Origin: an uncultured Kiritimatiellota bacterium
GTDB taxonomy: Bacteria; Verrucomicrobiota; Kiritimatiellia; RFP12; DVOR01
DNA length: 64,000 nt
Direction of reading: 5' to 3'
Assembly: GCA_944391085.1 (NCBI GenBank)
Contig: CALXSE010000011.1
Span: 4,012 to 68,011 of the forward strand
Below the pieces are notes generated by a model that was given only the letters and a program-made list of their open reading frames with translations, was not told the origin of the DNA and did no database searches. The position numbers and the translations under genes are program-made. Shown here piece after piece: positions 1 to 9,457 of this stretch (position 1 is the stretch's first letter; the number at the start of each line of letters is the position of its first letter).

Positions 1-173
1 ACGCCGAGGCTGGGGGCGAGGTGGCCGCCGGTCTTGGAGACGACGGCGACCATGCGGGCGCGGAGCTCCTCGGCAAGGCGCGGGAGGTCGGCCTCGGGGA
101 GCGCCTTGACGTCGGCCGGGGAGGCGATGGCGTCAAGGAGCGGCGTGGCGATCTCTGGCGCGGGCGTGGTCAT
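1..173 (-). CDS. dxs: 1-deoxy-D-xylulose-5-phosphate synthase, N-terminal fragment (gene runs off the left edge of the window)
   Basis: My own translation of the minus strand from the ATG at 173 gives [58 protein letters not shown]. This is a typical Dxs N-terminus including GGHLxxSLG. The start forms an ATGA overlap with the prc stop. It is absent from the ORF track because it is truncated. Confidence 0.8.
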   Translation of the reverse strand, partial: [57 protein letters not shown]

Positions 174-2317
174 TGGGCACCGAAGAGGCGGAAGAGGCGC
201 AGGCCAAGGTCGCCGTCGGTGTCGACGGGGGCGTCTGGGCCGCCGCGCAGGTCGATGTAGTCAGAGAGGATGCGCAGGGATTCGCGCAGGACGGGGTCGT
301 TCTCGACGGTGGGGCCTTCCTTGCGGGCCTTGGCCGAGCCGCCGCGGAGGGCGTCCTCCTGGAGCTTCTCCATGGCGCGCTCGGCGCGCATCCGCTCGCG
401 GCGCGCGTCGATGTTGAGGGGGACGGTCTGCTCGGCGTTGGCCCGGCGGACGTGGGCGATGAGGCTCTGCGCGGCCTGATATTGCGCGTCGTCCCTGAGG
501 CGGGCGTCGGAGGCGGCCTTGAGACGGGGCAGGAAGGGGGCGACGTCCTCGGTCTTGGCGTAGTAGGCCGGGGGGATCTCGGTGTAGGGAAGGGCGCCGG
601 GGAGCTGATCCTCGCCGAGGTCGAGCGCGTCGTAGATGGAGGGGAGGACGAGGTCGGGGACGACGCCGCGGAGCTGGGTGGTGCCGCCGTTGATGCGGAA
701 GAAGCAGGCGGAGGTGACGCGGTCGGCGCCGTAGACCTTGTTGTCGCCCAGGCCCAGCACCGTCTGGACGGTGCCCTTGCCGTGGGTCTTGGAGTCGCCC
801 ACCACAAGGGCGCGGCCGTAGTCCTGGAAGGCGGAGGCGACGATCTCGGAGGCGGAGGCGGAGTTGCGGTTCACCAGCACGAGCAGGGGCTTGCGGAAGG
901 CGACGCGGCCCTGGGCGTTGAGGGTCTGGACGCGCGAGCGGTCGCGCACCTGGACGGCGGGGCCGGTGACGAAGAGCCCGGTCATGGCGAGGGCCTCGGC
1001 GAGGGAGCCGCCGCCGTTGTTGCGCAGGTCGATGACCAGGCCGTCGACGTGCTCCTGGTTGAAATCCTGGATATAGCGCAGCAGGTCGCGCGTCATGGAG
1101 CGCGCGTCCGCGCCGTCCGCGCCGCCGACCATGCCGGCGTAGAAGGTGGGGATGCGGACGTAGCCCAGGCGCCGCTCGCCGCCGTCGGGCAGGGTCAGGC
1201 GCTCGACGCGCCCGGTGACGGCCTGCTCCTCGAGCTTGACCTCGTCGCGCACGAGGTCGACGAGCTTGGTGCGCGAGCCGGATTTGTCGGAGGCGGGGAT
1301 GACGCGCAGGACCACCTTGGAGCCCTTGGGGCCACGGATTTTGCGGACGGTGCGCGAGAGGGGCTTGTGGCGGATGTCCTCGATGGGGCCGTCTCCCTGG
1401 CCCACGCCGATGATGAGGTCGCCCTCCTGCAGGCGGATGTCGCGCGGGTCGCGGGCCGCGGGGCCGCCGGACATCAGCTCCATCACGCGCACGGCGCCGT
1501 CGTCGTAGCGCAGGCTCGCGCCGATGCCGCAGAGGGTGAGGTTCATCTCCATGCTGAAGTCCTCGAAATTCATCGGGGACATATAGTCGGTATGCGGGTC
1601 GTAGGCGTTGGCGACGGCCGAGAGGTAACGCTGGAGGACGGTCTCGGAATCCATCTCGGCGAAGGCGTCGCGCAGGGCGCCGTAGCGCTTGGCGAGGATG
1701 ACGGGGACGGGCTCGTCGAGATCCTCGTCGCGCGGGTCCTCGTCCTCCTCGGGCTCCTTGCCCTCGGCCTGGGCCTGGGCGGCCTCCTCGGCATCGAGCT
1801 CCTTGGCCAGGGTGAGGGCCAGGTACTCGTTCTTGAGGCAGGCGCGCCAGAGGGCGCGCTGCGCGGCCTCATCGGCGGGGCGCTCGGCCTTGCGGCGCTT
1901 CCAGAAGTAAGACTCGTCCACGGTGAAGTCGAAGGGCTCGGGCTCCTTGAGGATGGCCTCGACGAAGTCGCACCGGGCCTCGAGGCGCTCGCGGATAAGC
2001 TGCATGAGGTCATAGCCAAAGGAGAGATCCCCGCGGGCGATCATGTCGTCGAGGCGCTCCTTCTGCGGCTCCAGGCGCGCGAGGTCGGCCTGCGTCAGCA
2101 ACGAGCGGTCGTAGTCGAGCGCGTCCACCAGGTTCGTCCAGGCGACGGCGGAAAGGCGGTCCCCGAAGCGTTCGCCGGAGAGGTGGTTGAGGGCCAGCTG
2201 GCGGGTGACGCGGCGGGCGATCTCGGGGTAGACCGGCTCGGGGGCGACGGGGGCGACGGCGGCCCGAAGCGCCGCAGCGGCCAGCAGGCCAAGGAGGGCA
2301 AGGAGGCGTTTGTCCAT
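170..2317 (-). CDS. prc: S41 family C-terminal processing (tail-specific) peptidase, secreted
   Basis: Internal ATG at 2317 (MDKRLLALLGLLAAAALRAAVA signal peptide) within ORF 170..2704. Contains a PDZ-like region and the S41 catalytic block LVNRNSASASEIVASAFQDYGRALVVGDSKTHGKGTVQ. Confidence 0.85.
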   Translation of the reverse strand: MDKRLLALLGLLAAAALRAAVAPVAPEPVYPEIARRVTRQLALNHLSGERFGDRLSAVAWTNLVDALDYDRSLLTQADLARLEPQKERLDDMIARGDLSFGYDLMQLIRERLEARCDFVEAILKEPEPFDFTVDESYFWKRRKAERPADEAAQRALWRACLKNEYLALTLAKELDAEEAAQAQAEGKEPEEDEDPRDEDLDEPVPVILAKRYGALRDAFAEMDSETVLQRYLSAVANAYDPHTDYMSPMNFEDFSMEMNLTLCGIGASLRYDDGAVRVMELMSGGPAARDPRDIRLQEGDLIIGVGQGDGPIEDIRHKPLSRTVRKIRGPKGSKVVLRVIPASDKSGSRTKLVDLVRDEVKLEEQAVTGRVERLTLPDGGERRLGYVRIPTFYAGMVGGADGADARSMTRDLLRYIQDFNQEHVDGLVIDLRNNGGGSLAEALAMTGLFVTGPAVQVRDRSRVQTLNAQGRVAFRKPLLVLVNRNSASASEIVASAFQDYGRALVVGDSKTHGKGTVQTVLGLGDNKVYGADRVTSACFFRINGGTTQLRGVVPDLVLPSIYDALDLGEDQLPGALPYTEIPPAYYAKTEDVAPFLPRLKAASDARLRDDAQYQAAQSLIAHVRRANAEQTVPLNIDARRERMRAERAMEKLQEDALRGGSAKARKEGPTVENDPVLRESLRILSDYIDLRGGPDAPVDTDGDLGLRLFRLFGAQ

Positions 2318-2318
2318 G

Positions 2319-3035
2319 TCAGAGTCCTTCCGTGAGCGTGAGGGCCCCCAGCCGCGCCACGCAGCGGGCGACGGCCGCGGCGTCGAGGACGGCGGGGCCG
2401 AGGGTGAGGGCGGAGACCAAATCCAGATGCGAGCAGACGAGGATTTCATCGACGTGCGCCGACGCGTCGGCGAACTGCGGCCCGGCAAAGCAAAGCACCC
2501 CGCGCAGCGCCTCGGGGCAGACCTCCGCGGCGCGGGAGACGGCGTTGACGGCGCGGCGCACCTGCTCGATGGGCGAGCTGCTGAGGGGGCGGCCGTTGGC
2601 CAGGATCTGCGCGCCGGAGACGGAGACCTCGCCGCTCCAATGCTTCGTCTCGATGACGAAGAGGCCCTGCGGGCCGACGGCCACGTGGTCGACGTCGCGC
2701 CCATCGGGCAGGAGCACGCCGTTAAGGACCGTCCAGGCGGCGGGCAGGTGGGCCAGCTCGCCGGCCACCATCTCCTCGCCGCGCGCGCCCTTGAAGAAGC
2801 CGTAGACCAGCGCGGGCTGGCGCCTGCGGTACGCCGCGAACCCCGCGACGGCCGCGGCCAGCGCCGCCGCGCCCGCCCACCACGGCACGAGCCCGGCGCC
2901 GCCCACCGTCAGCCCCACGCCCGCGCCGAAGGCGAAGCCGAAGGCTGCCACCGGCCAGAGGACGCGCCTGAGGCCCCTGCGGCGCGCGGCGTCTCCGGGG
3001 ACGCCTTTCATCGTGGCTCTGGAACGAAGCGGCAT
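2319..3035 (-). CDS. NERD (nuclease-related domain) membrane-anchored protein
   Basis: 238-aa ORF. Two N-terminal TM helices are followed by HVAVGPQGLFVIETKHWSGEV, typical of NERD domains. The start could instead be M9 at 3011. Confidence 0.7.
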   Translation of the reverse strand: MPLRSRATMKGVPGDAARRRGLRRVLWPVAAFGFAFGAGVGLTVGGAGLVPWWAGAAALAAAVAGFAAYRRRQPALVYGFFKGARGEEMVAGELAHLPAAWTVLNGVLLPDGRDVDHVAVGPQGLFVIETKHWSGEVSVSGAQILANGRPLSSSPIEQVRRAVNAVSRAAEVCPEALRGVLCFAGPQFADASAHVDEILVCSHLDLVSALTLGPAVLDAAAVARCVARLGALTLTEGL

Positions 3036-3047
3036 GGCGGGCCTTTC

Positions 3048-4151
3048 TCAGGGCAGTTTTCGGAACAGCGCCGCCGCCGCCGCCCCGAAGACGATGCAGG
3101 GCAGGGAGACGGCGAGCGCAGGCTTGATGACGTCGGCGTTGGAGAGGGACATCGACGCGGCCGTGAGCACGTAGTAGGAGAGGAAGAGCCCCAACGCCAA
3201 CAGGATGCCGCGGAAGACCGACTGCCGCCCCGAGGCGATGCCCGCGGGGATGGCGAAGAGCGTCACCAGCACGATGGAGAAGGGCGCGGCGTAATGGTTG
3301 TAGGTGACGTAGGAATCCTCGTTCTTCTGGCGGGTGGACATCCCGCTCTGCTCGCGGATCTCGCGGTTGGCCTCACGGTCGCCGACCGAGGCCAGGGAGA
3401 GATCCGAGAGGTTCTGCACCAGGATCTGCTGGGGCGTCTCGGGCGCGTCGTACAGCGCCAGGGAGGGGAACGTCTCGGGCGCGCCCTCCTGGTCGTTGAG
3501 CTCGTTGTAGCGCGTGCGGCGCACGCCGCCGAGCAGCCACCACGCGCCGTCGAGCCACCGGGCGAGGGGCGCGGCGTAAGCCACGCGCTGCGAGCCGTCC
3601 GGGCGGAAGAAGGTGACGCGGACGTCCCGGAGCGTCTCCGGATGCTCCGGCGAGAGCTCGCCGATGATCCAGCTGTGGTCGCCCCGCGGCGCGAAGAAGC
3701 CCCCGGGCATCGCCTCGCGCCCCGTCGCGCGGAAGTCGGAGTTCTTGATGGCCATGGCGCGGGCGGCGGCCGTGGGCTTGTAGAGCTCGGTGTTGGCGAA
3801 GGAAAGCCCCGCGGCCACGAAGGCCGCCAGCAGGATGGGCGCGGCGATGGTGCCCATGCCGATGCCGCCGGCGCGCATGGCCACCAGCTCGCTGTGCCGG
3901 CAGAACTGCCACATGGTATAAAGCGTGGAGAGCAGGAAGACCGCCGGGAGCAGCCACTCCAGGTACATCGAGAGCGTCCCCGCCAGGAAATCGAACGCCA
4001 CGCGCCAGGTGACGCTCGACTTCGGGTCGAAGCAGGCCCCGATGAGGTCAAAGCTCATGAAAAGCAGCGTCAGCGCGCAAAGCCCCACCAGGCAGATGGT
4101 CGCCGGCACCGCGAAGGAGCGCAGGACATAACGGAACAGGATGCCGCTCAT
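3048..4151 (-). CDS. LptF/LptG family permease (YjgP/YjgQ)
   Basis: Internal ATG at 4151 (MSGILFRYVLRSFAVPATICLVGLCALTLLF) within ORF 3048..4646. Topology is multi-TM, a large periplasmic loop, then C-terminal TMs. ATGA overlap with the upstream gene. Confidence 0.75.
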   Translation of the reverse strand: MSGILFRYVLRSFAVPATICLVGLCALTLLFMSFDLIGACFDPKSSVTWRVAFDFLAGTLSMYLEWLLPAVFLLSTLYTMWQFCRHSELVAMRAGGIGMGTIAAPILLAAFVAAGLSFANTELYKPTAAARAMAIKNSDFRATGREAMPGGFFAPRGDHSWIIGELSPEHPETLRDVRVTFFRPDGSQRVAYAAPLARWLDGAWWLLGGVRRTRYNELNDQEGAPETFPSLALYDAPETPQQILVQNLSDLSLASVGDREANREIREQSGMSTRQKNEDSYVTYNHYAAPFSIVLVTLFAIPAGIASGRQSVFRGILLALGLFLSYYVLTAASMSLSNADVIKPALAVSLPCIVFGAAAAALFRKLP

Positions 4152-4711
4152 TGCCCGATCACCTCCCCCAGCGCAAAGGCCGCGCACACCGCCGCCGCGC
4201 CAGACGCCAGGAAAAGCGCCGCGGTCAGCCGGCGGAGCCCCGGCCGGCCGGCCAGCGCGTCGCACGCCGCCCGGAAGACCCACGGGTAAAAGACCACCAC
4301 CATCCCAAAGGTGAGGCTCGTGTAACCTACCGAGACGGGCACCAGGCGCCACGCCGTCGCCTGCTCGCGCACCGCGAGGATGACGGGCATCGGCCACAGC
4401 ATCATCAGCCCGCCCAGCGCCCGCGCGCACAGCAGGTTGCCCAACAGCAACCACGTCAGCGCCAGGCAGACCGCCGCGCCCACGATCGTCCGCGCCGGCG
4501 TCAGGAAGGCCAGGAAATCGATCGGGTGCAACGTCAGCTGCGCCGCCACCCACGCCCAGCAAAGCGCCGAGAGCCCCCACCCCAGCGCCCGGGCCCGCGG
4601 CAGGCGCGCCACCGCCGCCCCGGCGCCCGGCGCGAAGAGAAAACACCCAAAGGCCGCCAGCGCCGCGGCCAGCGCCCCCACCATCACCCGCGCCAAAGCC
4701 AGCTCACTCAT
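4148..4711 (-). CDS. hypothetical polytopic membrane protein
   Basis: 187-aa hydrophobic ORF in the same array, with start and stop overlaps to both neighbours. No motif recognised. Confidence 0.6.
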   Translation of the reverse strand: MSELALARVMVGALAAALAAFGCFLFAPGAGAAVARLPRARALGWGLSALCWAWVAAQLTLHPIDFLAFLTPARTIVGAAVCLALTWLLLGNLLCARALGGLMMLWPMPVILAVREQATAWRLVPVSVGYTSLTFGMVVVFYPWVFRAACDALAGRPGLRRLTAALFLASGAAAVCAAFALGEVIGQ

Positions 4712-5864
4712 CGCCGCCCTCCTTCCCGGACGCGCCGACCAACCGCTCCGAGGTCGCCCGCAGTTCCCCCCACGAGGCCTTGACGAAGGCCGTCAGCGGG
4801 ATGGCCAGAAGCAACCCCAGGAACCCGCCCAGCCGCGTCCAAAAGAGCAGGGCGAAGACAATCTGCCACGCGGCCAGCTTCATGCGGTTGCCCTGGATGT
4901 AGGGCTGCATGACGTAGCCGTCGAAGGTCTGCACGGCGCAGTAGACCGCGAAGATGGCCAGCGTATACCACGGCCCGCCGGAGACGAACGCCACCGGCAA
5001 CGCCACGCACAGCCCCAACGTCGCGCCCAGATACGGCACCAGGTTCATCAACCCCAGCACGAAGCCGATGAGGAAGCCGTTGGGCAGCCCCAGCAGCTGG
5101 AAGCCCGTGCCGTAAAGGATGCCCTGCAGCACCACGTCGATGATCTGCCCGCGGAAGTACGACACCACGATGTCGCTGAAGTTCCGGAAATACCGCGCCA
5201 CCGCCGCGCGCCCGCGCTCCCCCAGGAAGGGCAGTTTCGCCGCAAAGCCCTCCCCCGTCAGCGGCTCCTGCATCACGAAGAGCAGCCAGTAGAAGAAGGT
5301 CAGCAGCCACAGCAACGTCGTCGCCCCCGCCGAAAAGACCGCCCCGCCCACGGACATCCCCTTGCCGAACCACGCCGCCAGCTGCGTCAGGATGATCGAG
5401 CCATCCGCCCCGAAGACCCTCGGCAGGCTCGGCACCAGCCCCTGCACCAGCTCCCGCGCGTTGGGGAAGCGCGCCACCAGCTCCGCGCGCACCTGCTCCA
5501 TCACCCCCGGCAACACCTGCAGCAGCGCCGTGCCCTGCTCATAGAAGAACGACCCGAAGAACCACACCAGCAGCGCCAGCGGGATCAGGATCGACAGCGC
5601 GAAGGCCACCGCCGTCGGCACGTCATGCCGGCACCACCGCCGCAGCCGCGCATACCACGGCCGCGTCAGCAGGCTCAGGAAAAAGGCCACGATCACCGGC
5701 CCGACGATGTGCAGGAAATAGCCCAGCACCTCCAGCACCAGCCACACAAAGGCCACGAACCCCACCGCCAGCGCGGCGGCGCTCAAAAAGGTCAGCGACG
5801 CGGCGACCACGCGGTTCTGCGCCTCGCCCAACGTCACGAAACGCGCGCCCCTCTGCTCAGGCAT
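4704..5864 (-). CDS. AI-2E family transporter (PerM/UPF0118)
   Basis: 386 aa, multi-TM. The block GFVLGLMNLVPYLGATLGLCVALPVAF is typical of the AI-2E family. Confidence 0.8.
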   Translation of the reverse strand: MPEQRGARFVTLGEAQNRVVAASLTFLSAAALAVGFVAFVWLVLEVLGYFLHIVGPVIVAFFLSLLTRPWYARLRRWCRHDVPTAVAFALSILIPLALLVWFFGSFFYEQGTALLQVLPGVMEQVRAELVARFPNARELVQGLVPSLPRVFGADGSIILTQLAAWFGKGMSVGGAVFSAGATTLLWLLTFFYWLLFVMQEPLTGEGFAAKLPFLGERGRAAVARYFRNFSDIVVSYFRGQIIDVVLQGILYGTGFQLLGLPNGFLIGFVLGLMNLVPYLGATLGLCVALPVAFVSGGPWYTLAIFAVYCAVQTFDGYVMQPYIQGNRMKLAAWQIVFALLFWTRLGGFLGLLLAIPLTAFVKASWGELRATSERLVGASGKEGGDE

Positions 5865-6639
5865 CGCCGTCCTCCCCCGTCTTGAAACTCTCGGATCGGA
5901 TGGCGCGCACGGTCAGCTTCGTCACGCGCCCCATCCCCGGCCGGCGCACGCGGAACTCCCGGGGCACCCAACGCCCCTCCTCGCGCCCCAGCCGCTGCAC
6001 ATACATCTGGCGCACGGCCTTCCCGTCCGCGTCCAACTGCTCGGTCTGCAACAGGTTGCCGCTGCCTTTGTCCACCCACAGGCGCACCGCCGCCAATCCC
6101 GGCACGGGCGCCGGCGGCGTGGCCTCCAGCACCACGCAGTCGCGGCTGTTCTGGCGCGTCCGGATCCCCTTGGCGGCGATTTCCGCCTCGTCCAGCCGCC
6201 GCACGTCGGGCCACCAGAGGTAATCGAAGGAGAGATCCATCCACGTCAGGTCACTCTCGCCGATGGGCGTGTTCAGGCGCACGCCCTCCACGCGCGTGCC
6301 GTCGTCCTGCGTCAGGGCCAGGACGGGCGCGCCGCCGCGGCGCGTCAGCTCGGCGCGCAGCAGCCGCGTGCGGTCGCCCTGCGCGCGGAAGAGGTCGCAC
6401 GTCGCCGAGGGCTCCCCGCCCGACCAATCCAGCGTCAGCGCATAGGGCCGCTCCGTCTCCTCCAGCCCGCGGGCCTTGGCGGTGATGAGCGAGCCGGTGA
6501 CGGCGACGCGCTCGCGCGGGAACATCGAGCGGGCCTGGACCAGGATCTGCCGCGGCGAAAGCCCCGCCGTGGCGTCCTCCGCGCGGAGGGGCGCGCCCAG
6601 GGCCAGCGCGGCCAACAGAAGGGCTGCCAGGCGCCTCAT
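5857..6639 (-). CDS. secreted protein, outer-membrane lipoprotein-sorting (LolA-fold)-like
   Basis: Internal ATG at 6639 with signal peptide MRRLAALLLAALALGAPLRA. The beta-rich ~260-aa body resembles lipoprotein-sorting or DUF4367-type proteins. The function call is weak. Confidence 0.55.
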   Translation of the reverse strand: MRRLAALLLAALALGAPLRAEDATAGLSPRQILVQARSMFPRERVAVTGSLITAKARGLEETERPYALTLDWSGGEPSATCDLFRAQGDRTRLLRAELTRRGGAPVLALTQDDGTRVEGVRLNTPIGESDLTWMDLSFDYLWWPDVRRLDEAEIAAKGIRTRQNSRDCVVLEATPPAPVPGLAAVRLWVDKGSGNLLQTEQLDADGKAVRQMYVQRLGREEGRWVPREFRVRRPGMGRVTKLTVRAIRSESFKTGEDGDA

Positions 6640-7733
6640 TGCCCGTCGGCCCTTTCGATCAGCTCGCGCGAGAGCGCAAAGCCCGCCAGCGGCCGCATCC
6701 ACGCGGCGCGCAGGGCCTCTTCGCGCCACGGCTGGTAGGTGTCCACGTCGTGCGGCAGGGAGAGCTTGCGGCGCAGGGCGCGCCCATGCCTGCGGAAGAA
6801 GACGCGGTCGGTGGCGTCGTCGAACCACTGCGGGGACAGCGGGTCCACCTTCCGCGCCGTCGCCGCGCCGGTGGTCAGCCCCAGGCGCAGGTCGGAAAGC
6901 AGGTCGAGCGCCTCGGCCTCGCCCATCATCGTGGCGGCCTTGAGCACGGCCTTGGCGCGGGTGAGGATGTCGAGGAAGACGAACGGCTCGTCGCGCAGCA
7001 GCCGCCAGCGCGCCTCGGTCTCCTGCTCGGAGACGCGCACCAGGAACTCCCGGAAGTGCCCCGCGATTTCGGCCGTCGTCCCGCCCAGCGAGAAGCGGTT
7101 GAAGAGGATGATCAGGCTCCCGGGGGGCGGGTTCTCGGGATGCTCCAGCTCCACGAGCGCGCCCTTCGCCTCGGCCGCGTTGCAGAGCTCGTTCAGGTAG
7201 CCGAAGTGGGCCAGCCCCCCCAGGTGCATCCACGAGCGGATGCGCATCCCCGTGCCCACGAGCGTCGGCTGGGCCGTCAGGTACCCCAGGCCTGGCGCGG
7301 AGACGAAGCGCAGCGGCTCGGCAAGCGCGTCCACGAAGGCCCGCAGCAGCGCCGTCTTCCCCACGAAGTCCAGGAACGTCCCGCTCACCGAGAAGGTCAG
7401 GTGGTTGGCGCTCATCACCTCGCACCAGACCGTCGTCTCGCCGTCGCCGGCCGTCGCCTTGAGCAGGCGGTAGCCCGGGCCGCGCTCGCCGCGCGGCGAG
7501 AGGCCGTGGCAGACCTCGCCCATCTCGGCCAGGTCGTCGTCGTCGGTCACGTCCTCCGCGGCCACGCACGCCAGGAGCGCCTCCTGCAGCCGCCGCCCGA
7601 AGGCCTTGGCCGCGCGCTCGCCCATGCTCCCGGGGAAGACGGCCCCGCGCACGTTGCGCACCAGGGAGATCTGCGTCTTCGTGCAGAAGAGGCGCAGGTT
7701 CCGCTCCGCCGCGGCCGAGGGCTCATACGCCAT
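6636..7733 (-). CDS. mcsB: protein arginine kinase McsB-like (ATP:guanido phosphotransferase domain)
   Basis: ATG at 7733 (MAYEPSAAAERNLRLF). The guanidino-kinase core includes LTAQPTLVGTGMRIRSWMHL. Lies directly downstream of the McsA-like gene. Confidence 0.75.
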   Translation of the reverse strand: MAYEPSAAAERNLRLFCTKTQISLVRNVRGAVFPGSMGERAAKAFGRRLQEALLACVAAEDVTDDDDLAEMGEVCHGLSPRGERGPGYRLLKATAGDGETTVWCEVMSANHLTFSVSGTFLDFVGKTALLRAFVDALAEPLRFVSAPGLGYLTAQPTLVGTGMRIRSWMHLGGLAHFGYLNELCNAAEAKGALVELEHPENPPPGSLIILFNRFSLGGTTAEIAGHFREFLVRVSEQETEARWRLLRDEPFVFLDILTRAKAVLKAATMMGEAEALDLLSDLRLGLTTGAATARKVDPLSPQWFDDATDRVFFRRHGRALRRKLSLPHDVDTYQPWREEALRAAWMRPLAGFALSRELIERADGQ

Positions 7734-8286
7734 CGCCCGGCCCCCCTTCCGCGCCGCGCAGGGCGTCAAGCGCCGCGCGCAGACGTTTGGCCTCGCGGTA
7801 ATCCTCGCGCCGCAGCGCCTCGCCCAGGCGCCGCTCCAGGTCGCGCTCGGCCCCGGCCCGCTCCGCGCCGGGCAACGGGTCGCCCTTGTACGCATGGCCG
7901 CCCTGGCAGTCGTCGAAAAGGGCGCGCAGGGGCTTGGCGAAGGTCTTGTAGCACTGCGGGCAGCCGATGAGGCCGACCGAGCGGATCGCCTCCATCGTCG
8001 CGCCGCACCCGGGGCAGCGCGGCTCGCCGCCCCCGGCTTCCGGGTCGGCAAGGCCCTCGAGCATCTTGCCCAGGCGCCCGAAGAGCTCGCCCATGGGCGA
8101 GCCCCCCTGCCGCGGCGCCTCCCCGTCCGTATCGATGGCCGCCACCTGGATGCCGCGCGATTCGTCGAAGGCACGCTCGCGCTCGGCGCAGGCGTTGCAG
8201 ACGTAGAGCTCCTCGCGCTTCCCGTCGGGCCGCGTCCGGTACAGCACGGTCTCGGCGTCCTGCCGATGGCACAGCTCACACTTCAT
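7723..8286 (-). CDS. mcsA: McsA-like activator (paired CxxC zinc fingers plus UVR domain)
   Basis: ATG at 8286. The protein starts MKCELCHRQ...CNAC and continues with CPGCG...CPQC. The C-terminal part, LERRLGEALRREDYREAKRLRAALDAL, is UvrB/C-like. Confidence 0.7.
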   Translation of the reverse strand: MKCELCHRQDAETVLYRTRPDGKREELYVCNACAERERAFDESRGIQVAAIDTDGEAPRQGGSPMGELFGRLGKMLEGLADPEAGGGEPRCPGCGATMEAIRSVGLIGCPQCYKTFAKPLRALFDDCQGGHAYKGDPLPGAERAGAERDLERRLGEALRREDYREAKRLRAALDALRGAEGGPGDGV

Positions 8287-8831
8287 GACGCTCGGCCCTC
8301 CGCGATGCGGCGCAGGGCGGCCATCAGCGCCTCGGGCTCCGGCAGGCGCCCCGTGCCCTTGACCCCGCAGGCCAGCTCGCCGGCCTCCGGGTCCAGGAGG
8401 CGCGCGCCGCGGGCCTTGAGCGCCTCGGCGTTGGCCTGGGTGGCCGGGTTCGCCCACATGGCCGCGTTCATCGCCGGGGCCAGGATCAGCGGCCGCTCGC
8501 ACGCCAGGGCCGCCTGCGTCAGCAGGTTGTCGGCCAGGCCGTACGCCAGCTTCGACAACGTGTTGGCCGAGCACGGCGCCACGACGAACAGGTCGCACCA
8601 CCGCGCCAGCTCGATGTGCAGGGGGCGCCAATCCGCGCGCGGCGCGAAGGCGTCCGTCTCCACCGGGTGCTGCGAAAGCGTCCGCCACGTGATCTCGCCC
8701 ACGAAGTCGAGCGCACGCGGCGTCGCCGCCACGCGCACCTCCCACCCCTCGCGCACCATCAGGCGGACAAGGGAGCAGACCTTGTAGCACGCGATGGCCC
8801 CGGTCACGCCCAGAGAGACCTTCACGCTCAC
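8283..8831 (-). CDS. coaC: phosphopantothenoylcysteine decarboxylase-type flavoprotein (CoaC domain only)
   Basis: 182 aa with a GTG start that overlaps the gmk stop (GTGA). Motifs LGVTGAIACYK...VVAPCSANTLSKLAYGLADNLL...PAMNAAMW. Confidence 0.8.
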   Translation of the reverse strand: MSVKVSLGVTGAIACYKVCSLVRLMVREGWEVRVAATPRALDFVGEITWRTLSQHPVETDAFAPRADWRPLHIELARWCDLFVVAPCSANTLSKLAYGLADNLLTQAALACERPLILAPAMNAAMWANPATQANAEALKARGARLLDPEAGELACGVKGTGRLPEPEALMAALRRIAEGRAS

Positions 8832-9421
8832 AGCTCGCCCCCCTTCACCAAAAGGATGTCCCGCAGGCGGCGATAGGCCACCTGCAGATCGTCGTTCACC
8901 ACGCGGTAAGCGAACTCATGGGCGCGCGCCAGCTCGCCCTGCGCGTTGGCCAGGCGCGTCTCGATGCTCTCGGGGCTGTCCTCCCCGCGCCCCTCCAGGC
9001 GCCGGCGCAGCTCCTCCACGCTCGGCGGCTCGATGAAGACGTCCACGAACCCTTCGCGCAGCGGGTCGCCCGCCGGCAACCCCGCCACGAAGCGCCGCAC
9101 CGACGCCGCCCCCACCACGTCGATGTCCATCAGCACGCTCTGCCCCTCGGCGAAGGCCTCGCGCACCGGCCCCGCGGGCGTGCCGTAACGGTTGCCGTGG
9201 ACGGTGGCGGATTCCAGCAGCAACCCCTCGCGCTCCTGCCGCGCGAACGCCTCGGGCGTGAGGAAGAAGTAATCCACCCCGTCCTCCTCCTCCCCGCGCG
9301 GCGCGCGCGTCGTGCACGAAATCGAATAGGTGATCTCCGGGAACTCCCGCAGCAGCAGGTCGCACAACGTGCTCTTGCCCGCCCCGCTGGGCGCGCTCAT
9401 CACAATCAGCAACGGCTTCAT
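8828..9421 (-). CDS. gmk: guanylate kinase
   Basis: Internal ATG at 9421. MKPLLIVMSAPSGAGKSTLCDLLL (P-loop) is followed by SCTTRAPRGEEEDGVDYFF. Confidence 0.9.
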   Translation of the reverse strand: MKPLLIVMSAPSGAGKSTLCDLLLREFPEITYSISCTTRAPRGEEEDGVDYFFLTPEAFARQEREGLLLESATVHGNRYGTPAGPVREAFAEGQSVLMDIDVVGAASVRRFVAGLPAGDPLREGFVDVFIEPPSVEELRRRLEGRGEDSPESIETRLANAQGELARAHEFAYRVVNDDLQVAYRRLRDILLVKGGEL

Positions 9422-9457
9422 CAGACGCCTTTTCCTTTCCAACGCCATAACCCTATA

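Noticed and set aside
2319-4646. Long N-terminal extensions given by the ORF track, for example 3048..4646, 170..2704, 5857..7569, 6636..8279, 14542..16617, 21402..23342 and 27727..30711.
   Set aside because: The extensions overlap the upstream gene in another frame and are Arg/Gly/Pro-rich. They end at internal ATGs that are followed by signal peptides or canonical N-termini, and that form ATGA or TGATG junctions with the preceding stop codon.
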